A stretch of 64,000 nucleotides of DNA from a virus (Duplodnaviria; Caudoviricetes): IMG/VR virus record IMGVR_UViG_3300013426_000019, positions 1-64,000 of that record. One strand, 5' to 3'. The stretch's first letter is position 1. Every line of letters begins with the position of its first letter. Below, piece after piece: positions 30,138 through 39,744 of this stretch. Position numbers and translations under genes: made by a program. Below the pieces are notes generated by a model. It saw only the letters and a list, made by a program, of their open reading frames with translations, was not told the DNA's origin and made no database searches.

Positions 30138-31547
30138 ATGAGCCTAGCTGAAGTATTATTGGAGCATAAGATCATCTACAAGAGTGAAGACTGTTATATG
30201 AGGGCACCTAAATATAAGGATAAGCTAAGTGCCTTATTAGAGGATCCCAATATAGCAATCTTATATAATAATTATATAGCTCAATATAGATCAGAGGGAG
30301 AGGCCTGGCATTGCCTACTTAAAGGCGACAATCCTAATAATCACTTATGTGAGGTATGCGGCAGGCCTAGTGAGTTCAATGCAACAGCCACGACAGTTGG
30401 TTATAGCAGGTTCTGCAGCAAAGAGTGCAGGAATAAGAGTAGGGACAATAATAGAGCTAAGACCTGCTTAGATAAATATGGTTATGAGTCTGCCATGCAA
30501 TCTAAGGCAATACAGGACAAGAGTAGACAAACTTGTATAAGCAGGTATGGTGTTGAGAACCCTAATCAAAGTGATAAGATCAAAGCTAAGAAAAGACAAA
30601 CCTGTATAGATAAGTACGGCGTAGAATGTAGCTTACTAAGCTCTCAAGCCCAACTCGAGTCACAGCAAACCCTTATGGTCAATTATGGTGTGAGTAATCC
30701 TCTTAAGAGTGAGGTAGTTAAGGATAAGATAAGAGCCACCAATCTTAGGAGATATGGAGTATCCAGTTATAGCCAAACTGAGGAGTATAGACGCAAGTAT
30801 ATCTCTGCCTCTAATGCGCATTATTCAACGAATAATCCCCGTCAGAGTGTCCTTGTGAGTAATCTTATTAAGGACACAAACAAAGCTCGTTATGGCGCTG
30901 AATATTACACTCAAACAGAGGAGTTCAAGGAGAGGTACAGAAATACCTGTACAGGTAAGTACGGTGTGTCAACTACGCTGCTAGTACCGGGGGTTAGGGA
31001 TAAGATAGCTACAGCTATTAAGAGTAAGTACGGTGTTGACAATGTATCCCAAAGTCCTTTTATTAAGGAGAAGAAGAGGCAGACGTGTATAAGTAGATAC
31101 GGCGTTGATAGTTACACAAAGACAGAGGAGTTTGCAAGGCAGAGATCTAAGAGATGGGTAGTTGAGGATCAAACTTATGATAGCAAGCCTGAGATCTATT
31201 ACGCTTACTATCTTAAGTACAACAATATGCCCTACGAGAGACAAGTTCCTTTAAGTTATAGAGACGCCTTGGGCTGCAATCACGTATACTTTGTAGACTT
31301 CTTAATACTAGATACTCAGGAGTTAGTGGAACTCAAAGGTAAGCACTTAATAGATGAGGATACCGGGGAACTTAAGAATCCTTATATAAGCAAGCTTACT
31401 GAAGCACAACGTCAAGCCCTTAAGGAGAGAGACGAGGCCAAGAGTAAGTGTATGAGGGATCATAAGGTTACCATAATTACGGATTATAGAGAGTATGAGG
31501 CACTCTTCAAAGAACATTACCCTAATCTTAAGATATCTTCAATCTAG
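30138..31547 (+). CDS. Free-standing homing endonuclease (KYGV repeats, PD-(D/E)xK)
   Basis: CEVCG, FCSKEC, about 10 YG repeats, YDSKPE...YFVDF...VELKG. Confidence 0.75.
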   Translation: MSLAEVLLEHKIIYKSEDCYMRAPKYKDKLSALLEDPNIAILYNNYIAQYRSEGEAWHCLLKGDNPNNHLCEVCGRPSEFNATATTVGYSRFCSKECRNKSRDNNRAKTCLDKYGYESAMQSKAIQDKSRQTCISRYGVENPNQSDKIKAKKRQTCIDKYGVECSLLSSQAQLESQQTLMVNYGVSNPLKSEVVKDKIRATNLRRYGVSSYSQTEEYRRKYISASNAHYSTNNPRQSVLVSNLIKDTNKARYGAEYYTQTEEFKERYRNTCTGKYGVSTTLLVPGVRDKIATAIKSKYGVDNVSQSPFIKEKKRQTCISRYGVDSYTKTEEFARQRSKRWVVEDQTYDSKPEIYYAYYLKYNNMPYERQVPLSYRDALGCNHVYFVDFLILDTQELVELKGKHLIDEDTGELKNPYISKLTEAQRQALKERDEAKSKCMRDHKVTIITDYREYEALFKEHYPNLKISSI

Positions 31548-32224
31548 TGTAGCCTCCAAGGAGCAAAGTCTCTAGCTAACTCCCAAGTCTGGTTAGGATA
31601 TCTATGTTTGAGTTGTCTACGGGCATTATCCTCACATATAGCCTTAATTGTCACTTGCTCTGTGTTATCCTTACCTACTTCCTGAAATACATAGTAACTA
31701 TACTGCCTGCCTCTTGTGCCACTCCCCTTAAGTCTACCCGCTCTTACAATAACTGTAATTATAGCTGCTTTGCTCTCAGAGGCAGGCTCAAAGCTATCTA
31801 TAAGAGTCTCACAATCTGAGTAGTACTTCTTGTAGTTAGAATAGGTCATAGTATATAGAGAGTCACCTTGCTTAATACTTGTGAGTTGTCTCTCCTTGTC
31901 TTGTATTCTCTTAAGTGCTCGTTGAGTAGCCTCATCTTCTAAATCAATATGATCTCTTAATGCAAACTGGGAACATCTTACAATCTTAGTTTGTTCTATG
32001 CCTCTGAAGGATTTGATAGTATCTGTAATACCACATTTAAACTCCACAACATCCCCTACCTTAAGAGGCTCTAGTGTCTCTTCGATGAGTAGTTGTCTAG
32101 ATGTTATACAAGAGTAAGCCCTGTGAGTTGTCGTCGTATCTTCAAAGACGTAAATGTATGCCTTGTAGTTGTCATTATACTTAGCAGTCTTAACAGTCGC
32201 AGTTATAGTTTGGCGTGTGTACAT
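31544..32224 (-). CDS. Hypothetical (early) protein
   Basis: TTGCCC-N17-TATTAT promoter upstream. Confidence 0.65.
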   Translation of the reverse strand: MYTRQTITATVKTAKYNDNYKAYIYVFEDTTTTHRAYSCITSRQLLIEETLEPLKVGDVVEFKCGITDTIKSFRGIEQTKIVRCSQFALRDHIDLEDEATQRALKRIQDKERQLTSIKQGDSLYTMTYSNYKKYYSDCETLIDSFEPASESKAAIITVIVRAGRLKGSGTRGRQYSYYVFQEVGKDNTEQVTIKAICEDNARRQLKHRYPNQTWELARDFAPWRLH

Positions 32225-32318
32225 ATTATTCTAATCCTTCTTATGTATATATAATAATATATTTAAGCATAAGGGGCAAGAGGATTTGAGGGGCAGGAAG
32301 GTATATTAATATATATAT

Positions 32319-33068
32319 ATGAAGTTTGATGTAAAACCTGCGAATTTTGACCACTCAGAAAAATTGAAAGAATTTAAAAGAACATACAAATTCTTAAGAG
32401 AAACTAAAAAACTAGGAGTATCTATCCTTGCAAGGCTTGATTTAAATTTACTAAGTAGCAACAATTCCTCTTCCAAGAATTATATTATAAATGATGAAGC
32501 TTTAGATGCGTATGCAAAAAGTACAGGTATAAATTTCTTAGATTTGCTTCGAAGCAATTTTATAAAACCTCAATCCTCTGTTCTTGATTTAGGGGGAAAT
32601 TTTGGATATTTTAGTATGGCACTAGCAGAAAGACTTGATTGTGAGTGTTATGTCTTAGATTCTGATCCTTTCGTAATAGAGCTAGGAAAATTAATAAAAC
32701 AAGATTGGTTCGACCTTAGTAAAGAAAGATTAGATATAAAATATTTATGCGGAGACGCATTTAAATTGAGTTTAAAAGACAGTGTTGATTATACTATAAT
32801 ATCAAATGTTTTTTCCAGTTTCCGAAAGGATTTAGATTTTGGGGATTCACATGGTTTAATTACTTTACCCTTATTATCTCCTAGTATTCTCAAAAATTCT
32901 AAGAATTTAATTATTCATTTGCCTAGGAAAAATGAACCTTTAGTCAGAACATATGAATATTACGAAAAGCAAATAGAAGACATAATTCATACCTGGAAAA
33001 TAGCTAAGCCTCAAAGAATAAAAAATTGGATTGTTTTTTATAATCCGAGAGCTTTAATTGTCCGCTAG
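32319..33068 (+). CDS. Class I SAM-dependent methyltransferase
   Basis: VLDLGGNFGYFS (motif I), VLDSD, CGDA, VDYTII. Confidence 0.85.
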   Translation: MKFDVKPANFDHSEKLKEFKRTYKFLRETKKLGVSILARLDLNLLSSNNSSSKNYIINDEALDAYAKSTGINFLDLLRSNFIKPQSSVLDLGGNFGYFSMALAERLDCECYVLDSDPFVIELGKLIKQDWFDLSKERLDIKYLCGDAFKLSLKDSVDYTIISNVFSSFRKDLDFGDSHGLITLPLLSPSILKNSKNLIIHLPRKNEPLVRTYEYYEKQIEDIIHTWKIAKPQRIKNWIVFYNPRALIVR

Positions 33069-33086
33069 CAATTTAGCTTGTTTGAG

Positions 33087-33132
33087 CAAGAAACCCCAAG
33101 AAACCCTTTTGCTTTAGCTAAAGGTTGTTCAC
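33087..33132 (+). mobile_element. 46-bp IS200/IS605 left-end/right-end hybrid mini-element
   Basis: TTGAG|CAAGAAACCC-CAAGAAACCC-TTTTGCTTTAGCTAAAGGTTGTTCAC. Confidence 0.8.
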
Positions 33133-33250
33133 AAAGATTCTGTAAAAATTTCACGAAAGAGAAAAGAGCTATTCATTTTAAAAAACCAAGAGTTCAACTA
33201 ATATACATATATCATTTTTAGGGGTGTTCTTTCTGGAGAAAGATGTAAAG

Positions 33251-33361
33251 ATGTTTGATAAATATAGAGATTACTTTAAAAATCTGGAGGATGAGAATGA
33301 CTTAGAATTCCAACTTCTTAAGGATGGTAGAAAGTTATATCTACGAAGGGTGTTGAAGTAA
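33251..33361 (+). CDS. 36-aa small ORF (MFDKYRDYFKNLEDENDLEFQLLKDGRKLYLRRVLK)
   Basis: Follows an ACTAAT motif at 33197 and a GGAG; below the ORF-track length cutoff. Confidence 0.35.
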   Translation: MFDKYRDYFKNLEDENDLEFQLLKDGRKLYLRRVLK

Positions 33362-33505
33362 ATTTTTTTAATAGAAAGGACTTATAAGGTGTTCTATAAG
33401 ATAGAAAAGATTAATTGTGTGACCCCTTAAAAAACTTTTTAATCTTTTGATCAAGGAAATAGTCTACAGTCTCTATAAAAAAAAATCACCCTGGAGGACT
33501 TTTAT

Positions 33506-34246
33506 ATGGGAAATACAAGAGACAGCTTAAGGTTAAGTTTATTCAGCAGTCATGATAGTCACAGTAGTCACAGCAGTCACAGCGATCATAGCAGTCACAA
33601 TAGTCATAGTAATCATGCCAACACAGATACCCAGAATTGGGATACTTCTAAGCTAGCAAATATTTCTTTCCCTAGTGCGGATGATACACTTAGTGTACAG
33701 AAATATCAAAATTTAATGAAAAATTTAAATATTATTAGATCCGCAGTAGGATTATCTCAAAGTAGTACCAATGCCTCTGATATTGCGGAGGCTTCAGAGT
33801 ATAATAGATTTAAATTACAATTAAAAAAAGTGACTAAGCAAGGGGTAACAGGAGGCACTTATTACAACGGGTTGTCGGAGGGTGGTACTGATTGGATTGA
33901 TATCCCGGGAGGGGCATCAAGTAAACAATCTTTATTAACAGATGTTCTGGGTTATTCTACTATACAATCTAGAATATTGGATGCTAAAAATAGAGGTATT
34001 CCAGTGCATGCCAGCCATAATAATCATATTGATCATGGTGACCATGGTAGTCATAGCGACCATAGTAGTCATAGTGACCACAGTGACCACAGTAGTCATA
34101 GTAATCACGACAGTCATAGTAGTCACGGCAGTACCGCGGCAAATTCCACATATAATGCATCTATTTATATCTCTAATTTAGGTTCAGATCACGGAAGCCA
34201 ATACTCCACACCTTATAAGAGCTCAGACTCATGCTATAGAACATAA
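33506..34246 (+). CDS. His-Xaa-Ser/Asp/Asn repeat protein, putative radical-SAM substrate
   Basis: 8 HxS/D/N triplets (33551-33622) and 14 triplets (34007-34132) flank a ~130-aa core; GGAGG RBS; first gene of the rSAM cluster. Confidence 0.8.
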   Translation: MGNTRDSLRLSLFSSHDSHSSHSSHSDHSSHNSHSNHANTDTQNWDTSKLANISFPSADDTLSVQKYQNLMKNLNIIRSAVGLSQSSTNASDIAEASEYNRFKLQLKKVTKQGVTGGTYYNGLSEGGTDWIDIPGGASSKQSLLTDVLGYSTIQSRILDAKNRGIPVHASHNNHIDHGDHGSHSDHSSHSDHSDHSSHSNHDSHSSHGSTAANSTYNASIYISNLGSDHGSQYSTPYKSSDSCYRT

Positions 34247-34258
34247 GTATTCATATTT

Positions 34259-35317
34259 ATGAATTTAGGTTTAGGGACTTTACATTTTTCATCTAAAATT
34301 TTGAATTCTTCAGAATTCAGAGAAATGATCCATTATTGTGTTCGAAATAATATAAGTTATTTCGACACTGGATTTTATTATGGGGAAGAACTAACGGAAT
34401 TTGCATTAGGAAAGCAATTATTTAATTTCCCAAGAGAATCTTATGAGATAGCTGTAAAATATATCCTTAATAGAGAGCATTCCCCTGAGGAAATGCTAAG
34501 GATTCAATTTCAGAAATTAAATATATCCTATGCAGACAATTTACTACTACACAATTTAACTGATAAAAATATTTCTTTTTATTTTGATTTTTTGGATTTT
34601 TTAGAGAAGAGTAAAAGAGAGGGCCTAGCAAAGAGAATAGGATTTTCTTCCCATCTATCCCCTCAAAACTTGGAAATTTTCCTAAAAATCAGAAAGTGGG
34701 ATGTAATATACCTTTATTTAAATTGGGTCGATTTTTACTCGAATACGGCCGAGGAAGAATACAAATTATGTGAAAAATACAAAGTCCCTGTTGTTGCTAT
34801 GGGTCCTCTAAGAGGTGGAAGAATATTAACTTTACCTAAAAAATATAGTTTGGAGTTAAAGAGAGTGCATTCCGAGTGGTCTTTGGTGGATTGGTCTCTA
34901 GGTTGGTTTAATTCTTTAAAAAATTGCAACAGAGTGCTTACTGGGGCCCTTTCTATTAAAGAATTACAAGCTAATATAAAAGCCTCTAAAAATAATTTAA
35001 GTTTATCAGATTTAAATCTTCTGAGAGATATTGCTGTAGATTATAAAAAGGAAAAATTAATACCGTGTACCGGTTGTGGATATTGTGAGAATTTTTGCCC
35101 TCAAAAAATAAAGATACCTCTAATAATTAAAAATTACAATAAATTTCTCTACGAGGAGGAGAAAGATCCTCGCTGGCTTCTCTCTTGGATGAAAGAAGAC
35201 TTAGTTTCATCAGATATAAACCTATGTGTTTTCTGTGGCAATTGTGAACAAATATGTCCTCAAAAAATTGATATTCCAAGGAGAATTAAAATAATTGAAT
35301 CTTGTATTAACTGCTAA
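34259..35317 (+). CDS. Aldo/keto reductase with a C-terminal 2x[4Fe-4S] domain
   Basis: LGLGT, YFDTGFYY, IGFSSH, AMGPLRGG; CTGCGYCENFCP and CVFCGNCEQICP. Confidence 0.9.
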   Translation: MNLGLGTLHFSSKILNSSEFREMIHYCVRNNISYFDTGFYYGEELTEFALGKQLFNFPRESYEIAVKYILNREHSPEEMLRIQFQKLNISYADNLLLHNLTDKNISFYFDFLDFLEKSKREGLAKRIGFSSHLSPQNLEIFLKIRKWDVIYLYLNWVDFYSNTAEEEYKLCEKYKVPVVAMGPLRGGRILTLPKKYSLELKRVHSEWSLVDWSLGWFNSLKNCNRVLTGALSIKELQANIKASKNNLSLSDLNLLRDIAVDYKKEKLIPCTGCGYCENFCPQKIKIPLIIKNYNKFLYEEEKDPRWLLSWMKEDLVSSDINLCVFCGNCEQICPQKIDIPRRIKIIESCINC

Positions 35318-36323
35318 ATGTGATAAGAATTGTAAAAACTGTTTTGCCTCAGAATACAGAAGACAAGAAAACCTTTTAAATAAGGATTTAGATTTATCTT
35401 TTTTAGAAAAAATATCGCCCTGGGACGGAGTATCCTCTCCCGATATAGGTATATTAGGAGGGGAGCCTACCCTAAATTCCTCTTTTTTCTTGATTCTTAA
35501 AAAATTATGGGATTTGGATTATGTTCCTGTGGTTTTTAGTAATTTTTTATTTGAGGATTTTTTCAAAATTAAATTAAATTCTTTTGTTCAGGATAATATC
35601 TCTCAGAAATTAAAATTCCTCGTAAACATAAATGATTTGAAGGGACCACATCTAAGTAGAGTAGTCAAAAATATTAATTTTATTCAAAAAACCCTTGCTT
35701 CTCAGAGGAAACTGAATGAACTATCTCTTTCTTTAACTATAGATCCTGTAAATTTCAATTCTACTTTTAAATATTTATGTGCCTTTTATAAAAAATTAGA
35801 TTTTATGCCTCGTCTTCGAGTAGGGATAGCTCTTCCCTCTGATTCAGAGGATAAATCTCAGTATAAAAAAATTATAAATAATAAAAATTTAGGAAATACT
35901 ATTATAAGCATTCTTCAATGGTCAGAAAGGCATCGTGTGTGTGTTTTTCTCGATTGTGGTATTTACCCCTGTATTTTTTCTTCTGAAGATTTCTCTATTT
36001 TTCAATCTTTTTTCCCAGATTTTAAATTTGGGTGTGGTGATGAACCCGCTTTTGATATTTTTCCTAATGGAAGGTCTATATTCTGTTTTCCTTTAAAAAA
36101 TCAAATTGCAAATTTTCTTTCTTTAAAAAGAAATTCAGATTTTTCTAATTTTTTTGATATAGTAGAAGCAAAAGAGAATTTAAAAAAGCAATTTATAACA
36201 ATGAAAGAAAAATATTCTTGTAAGGAGTGTTTGACATGCTTTTATAGTGATCTCTGTGAAGGAATATGCCCTGCATTCTTAAAAGGTTCTTTAAAAAAGC
36301 CCAAAGAAGCCTACAAAAATTAA
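35295..36323 (+). CDS. Radical SAM enzyme 1 with a Cys-rich C-terminus
   Basis: CDKNCKNC, LGGEPT, C-terminal CxxC-x5-C-x3-C. Confidence 0.88.
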   Translation: MNLVLTAKCDKNCKNCFASEYRRQENLLNKDLDLSFLEKISPWDGVSSPDIGILGGEPTLNSSFFLILKKLWDLDYVPVVFSNFLFEDFFKIKLNSFVQDNISQKLKFLVNINDLKGPHLSRVVKNINFIQKTLASQRKLNELSLSLTIDPVNFNSTFKYLCAFYKKLDFMPRLRVGIALPSDSEDKSQYKKIINNKNLGNTIISILQWSERHRVCVFLDCGIYPCIFSSEDFSIFQSFFPDFKFGCGDEPAFDIFPNGRSIFCFPLKNQIANFLSLKRNSDFSNFFDIVEAKENLKKQFITMKEKYSCKECLTCFYSDLCEGICPAFLKGSLKKPKEAYKN

Positions 36324-36378
36324 AAACAAAATCAAAATAATTATATTATTAATATAAGAGGTAAGGAGATTTAAAATT

Positions 36379-37815
36379 TTGGAGCCTTTATATAAATTTG
36401 AATTTGAAGCTGTCAATATATATTTTTCTGCAGTCTGTAATCTGAGGTGCAGATATTGTTTTCAACCTAAAATAAATGGTATTTCTCAAGAAATAAATAA
36501 AAAAATTGTAAATTGGATTACCTCCGGAAAAATGGAAGAGGATATAATTAAATATTACGGGGTAAATATTAGTGCTCTCTCTCTCTGGGGAGGAGAGCCT
36601 GGTATAAACCTTCCTATATTAGAAGAGAGGTTGGAATTTATTTATAATAAATTCCCTAAATTAGAAACCATACATTATTCCAGTAATATTTCCACAAAGA
36701 AATTAGCGCGCAATTCTGTTAATTTTATAAAAAAAATAGCTTTTTTGAATGAAAAGTTAGGTAAAAAAATCTCAGTATCTTTACAATTTTCAATTGATGG
36801 GCCTCCCGAAATAAATGATTACAACAGAGTTGGCTCAAAAGCAGAAAATATTCTTAATAATATTACCTTTTTATTGGAAGAATTAAAAGATGTTTCACCT
36901 GACTCTTATTCTTTGAATATTAAAGGAACTCAATCCGCGGATAATATTACTTTTCTAATAAAAGACAATAATTTACTTGAATATTATCAATATTTTGATA
37001 AATGGCAATCCCTCTGGCTAAAAATTTTACCTGAAGAAAAAATTCCGAAGGGCTCAACTTTTATCACACTAGTATATCCTGGGAATTTCACCCAGGAGGA
37101 TGGTTTTAATTTTAAAAAGCTGATAGAGCTTCAAAATTCTGAATCTTTTCAAGAAGAATGTGCCTGCAACACCTTTGTAAATTTCGATAACCAAGTAACA
37201 CGCCGTATAAAAGACACCCTTTCGGCTCTCAGGGCTGGTTACTATAGGGAGTATAAGGGGGAGTTATTACGGGTCTGTTCTTGCAGCGCAGGCAAATCCT
37301 GCGGGGGCCTAACCTATGATTCTCAATTTCACCTATGTCAGGCCACCTATATGTTTAATGAGGATATTCTTAATTATATTGAAAAACATAATTTAATTTC
37401 CGAATTTGAGGATAAGCAGGGATTCAGCTTTAGAAGCTTCGACGATCTTATCAAAGATAATATTGTAGTATCCTTTAGCGATGATTTAAAATTGTCAAGA
37501 CTTCTTTATAAGATAAATAATTTTAATTATAATTTATCTCTTAAAGTTCAGTACTTTGAAGTAATTTTATCGGAATTAGCAGCTGCGAATCAAATCAGCA
37601 GATGCTATCTGGACCCTAAGTGGAGAGATTTAGGTGTTGCTTATCTTCTTTTTGGGGGACATGAATGTCCTGTAAATAACATTTGGGAGTTTAGTTCTCC
37701 TTATATAAGAAGCACCTCCCATTTAAAATTGGTTTTTAATGGGGCCTTTGAGTACTATGTAAGTAATCATTATAGAGATATTTTAGGTCTAAACATAAAG
37801 GATATGATAAGATGA
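36379..37815 (+). CDS. Radical SAM enzyme 2
   Basis: CNLRCRYC, WGGEP, SIDG, CSAG...LC. Confidence 0.9.
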   Translation: MEPLYKFEFEAVNIYFSAVCNLRCRYCFQPKINGISQEINKKIVNWITSGKMEEDIIKYYGVNISALSLWGGEPGINLPILEERLEFIYNKFPKLETIHYSSNISTKKLARNSVNFIKKIAFLNEKLGKKISVSLQFSIDGPPEINDYNRVGSKAENILNNITFLLEELKDVSPDSYSLNIKGTQSADNITFLIKDNNLLEYYQYFDKWQSLWLKILPEEKIPKGSTFITLVYPGNFTQEDGFNFKKLIELQNSESFQEECACNTFVNFDNQVTRRIKDTLSALRAGYYREYKGELLRVCSCSAGKSCGGLTYDSQFHLCQATYMFNEDILNYIEKHNLISEFEDKQGFSFRSFDDLIKDNIVVSFSDDLKLSRLLYKINNFNYNLSLKVQYFEVILSELAAANQISRCYLDPKWRDLGVAYLLFGGHECPVNNIWEFSSPYIRSTSHLKLVFNGAFEYYVSNHYRDILGLNIKDMIR

Positions 37816-39197
37816 ATTTCAATTTCATAGAAGAACAGAAAAAACTACTTTATTCTTTTCTAGACATTCACTGCTTCAGGAATTGGAGGATTCCCCCCTC
37901 AAAAAGAACAGGAGAGGAGTATGTAAATCTTTTAGAAATGATGGTTTCGCCCGTATGTAATACTGCTTGCACATATTGTTACATGAAAAATTATGCTGAT
38001 TCTCTATACCCTTGTTTTTATGATAAAAATTCCTTATTAAATAATTGTAAAAAGATTATGACCTGGCTCAAAAAAGAAAATTTTTATCCCTCAAGTATAG
38101 AGATTTTTTCCGGAGAATTTTTCAATTTGCCCTTTTGGAAGGATTATTTACAAATAATTTATGATTCTCTAGAAAAAATGGAGGAGGGTAAAAAAGTACC
38201 AATAGTAATTCCCACCAATGGAACTTTTTTTGATTCTGAGAAAAAAACACAGGAAATACAAGATTATTTTGACAGAGTTTATAAAAAAGGTTTTATTATT
38301 GTTCTATCTCTCTCTGTAGATGGATATTATTTAGATAATGATACACGCCCTTTTAGAGACAAAAGAAGATACACAGAAGATTTTTATGATAGGATGTTTA
38401 GATTTGGGGCTCGTAATTTAATTAAATATCATCCTATGATAGGCGCGAAAGGTATAGAGAGATGGGTAGATAATTTCGATTGGTATGTAGAAAATATTCA
38501 AAAATATTACAAAATTCCAAAAAAAGAAGCCCTTGAAAAATTATACTTATTAGAGGTAAGAAATCCCGACTGGTCTACTAAGGAATTAAAAGATTTTAAA
38601 GTTTTTTTAAATCATATAATTGATGTTTTATTTGAGGGGTGCACATCTCCTGAGGAGAAGTTCAATCTACTTCTCAGCAATACTTTAAATATACTAGCAC
38701 CTCTAGTAGTTACTATAGGAAGAGGCCTCCCCTGCTCTTTTCAGCAGTGTCTAGATTTAAGGGTAGGAGATCTTGCCTTAGTTCAGTGTCATAGAACAGC
38801 ATATAGCGAATTGCTAGGCGGGTATTTTAAAATATCAGATAAAGGAGAATTAGACCTAGACGTGCGCAATGCAAATTCATACATTTTTTCTAATTCTTTT
38901 AATTTTAAACACCTAGCCAAATGCATAGATTGTCCTATTAGCTCTCTTTGTAATGGGCCTTGTTTAGGGTGTAATTATGAGGTTAACAGGGATTTATATA
39001 CTGTAGTGCCTACAGTTTGTGATTTAGAATACACAAAGGCTTTGACTTTAGTTGAAAGGGCGTATCAAGAAGGCTTTTTAGATAGTATTTTAGAAATACA
39101 TTCAAATAGCACCTCCTCTGATTCTGTTTTAAAGAAAAATCAATTATTACACCTTAAAAAATATCTAGAAATTAAAAACACTAAAGGAGATTTTTAA
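37812..39197 (+). CDS. Radical SAM/SPASM enzyme 3
   Basis: CNTACTYC, TNG, SVDG, CIDCPISSLCNGPCLGC...C. Confidence 0.9.
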   Translation: MNFNFIEEQKKLLYSFLDIHCFRNWRIPPSKRTGEEYVNLLEMMVSPVCNTACTYCYMKNYADSLYPCFYDKNSLLNNCKKIMTWLKKENFYPSSIEIFSGEFFNLPFWKDYLQIIYDSLEKMEEGKKVPIVIPTNGTFFDSEKKTQEIQDYFDRVYKKGFIIVLSLSVDGYYLDNDTRPFRDKRRYTEDFYDRMFRFGARNLIKYHPMIGAKGIERWVDNFDWYVENIQKYYKIPKKEALEKLYLLEVRNPDWSTKELKDFKVFLNHIIDVLFEGCTSPEEKFNLLLSNTLNILAPLVVTIGRGLPCSFQQCLDLRVGDLALVQCHRTAYSELLGGYFKISDKGELDLDVRNANSYIFSNSFNFKHLAKCIDCPISSLCNGPCLGCNYEVNRDLYTVVPTVCDLEYTKALTLVERAYQEGFLDSILEIHSNSTSSDSVLKKNQLLHLKKYLEIKNTKGDF

Positions 39198-39199
39198 TA

Positions 39200-39703
39200 A
39201 TGTTATTGGATCAAGTAAAAGAATTTATTAATTCAAATAAGAATTTGATAGACGATCTAACTAAGGCTAGACCACAGGGGTATATTTATGCTTTTTTACA
39301 AGAATGCCTCTCATTAATGGAAGGAGGAGATTCCTCAAAAATAGATGAGACCTTTTTACATGAATATAGATATACTGTATTGACTTTTACAGACGTCATT
39401 ATCAAAACAAAAACAACACAATCAGAAAAAATCGTGATAAAAGCAATTGCAAACTTATTATATAATGTCTCTATTAATTATGGCATAACCGAGTGCAGTA
39501 CTGAGCTTAATGCTTTGGTGATACTTTCAGAAGCCTCAAAATCTTTAGAGGATATTTTATATGTATTGATATGTATTTTTAATAAATTAAGTGATAGACT
39601 TTATGAAGAGCCTACGACTAATCTTCTTTCAAGAAAATATTATTTAGAACTAAGTGATTTTTTAGAAGCAAGAAAATCCCATGATGAAAAATATAATATA
39701 TAA
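39200..39703 (+). CDS. Hypothetical helical protein of the rSAM cluster
   Basis: AGGAG RBS, operonic position. Confidence 0.65.
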   Translation: MLLDQVKEFINSNKNLIDDLTKARPQGYIYAFLQECLSLMEGGDSSKIDETFLHEYRYTVLTFTDVIIKTKTTQSEKIVIKAIANLLYNVSINYGITECSTELNALVILSEASKSLEDILYVLICIFNKLSDRLYEEPTTNLLSRKYYLELSDFLEARKSHDEKYNI

Positions 39704-39744
39704 AAGTAACAACAAAACTTAATCATTTTTTAAGGAGTACTTCA

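Noticed and set aside
33545-34135. 9-bp periodic repeats as a CRISPR array or VNTR
   Set aside because: The repeats are degenerate at synonymous positions and in frame with His-x-Ser codons, with no spacers. The alternative-frame ORFs 33935-34126 and 33942-34181 are shadows of this repeat.
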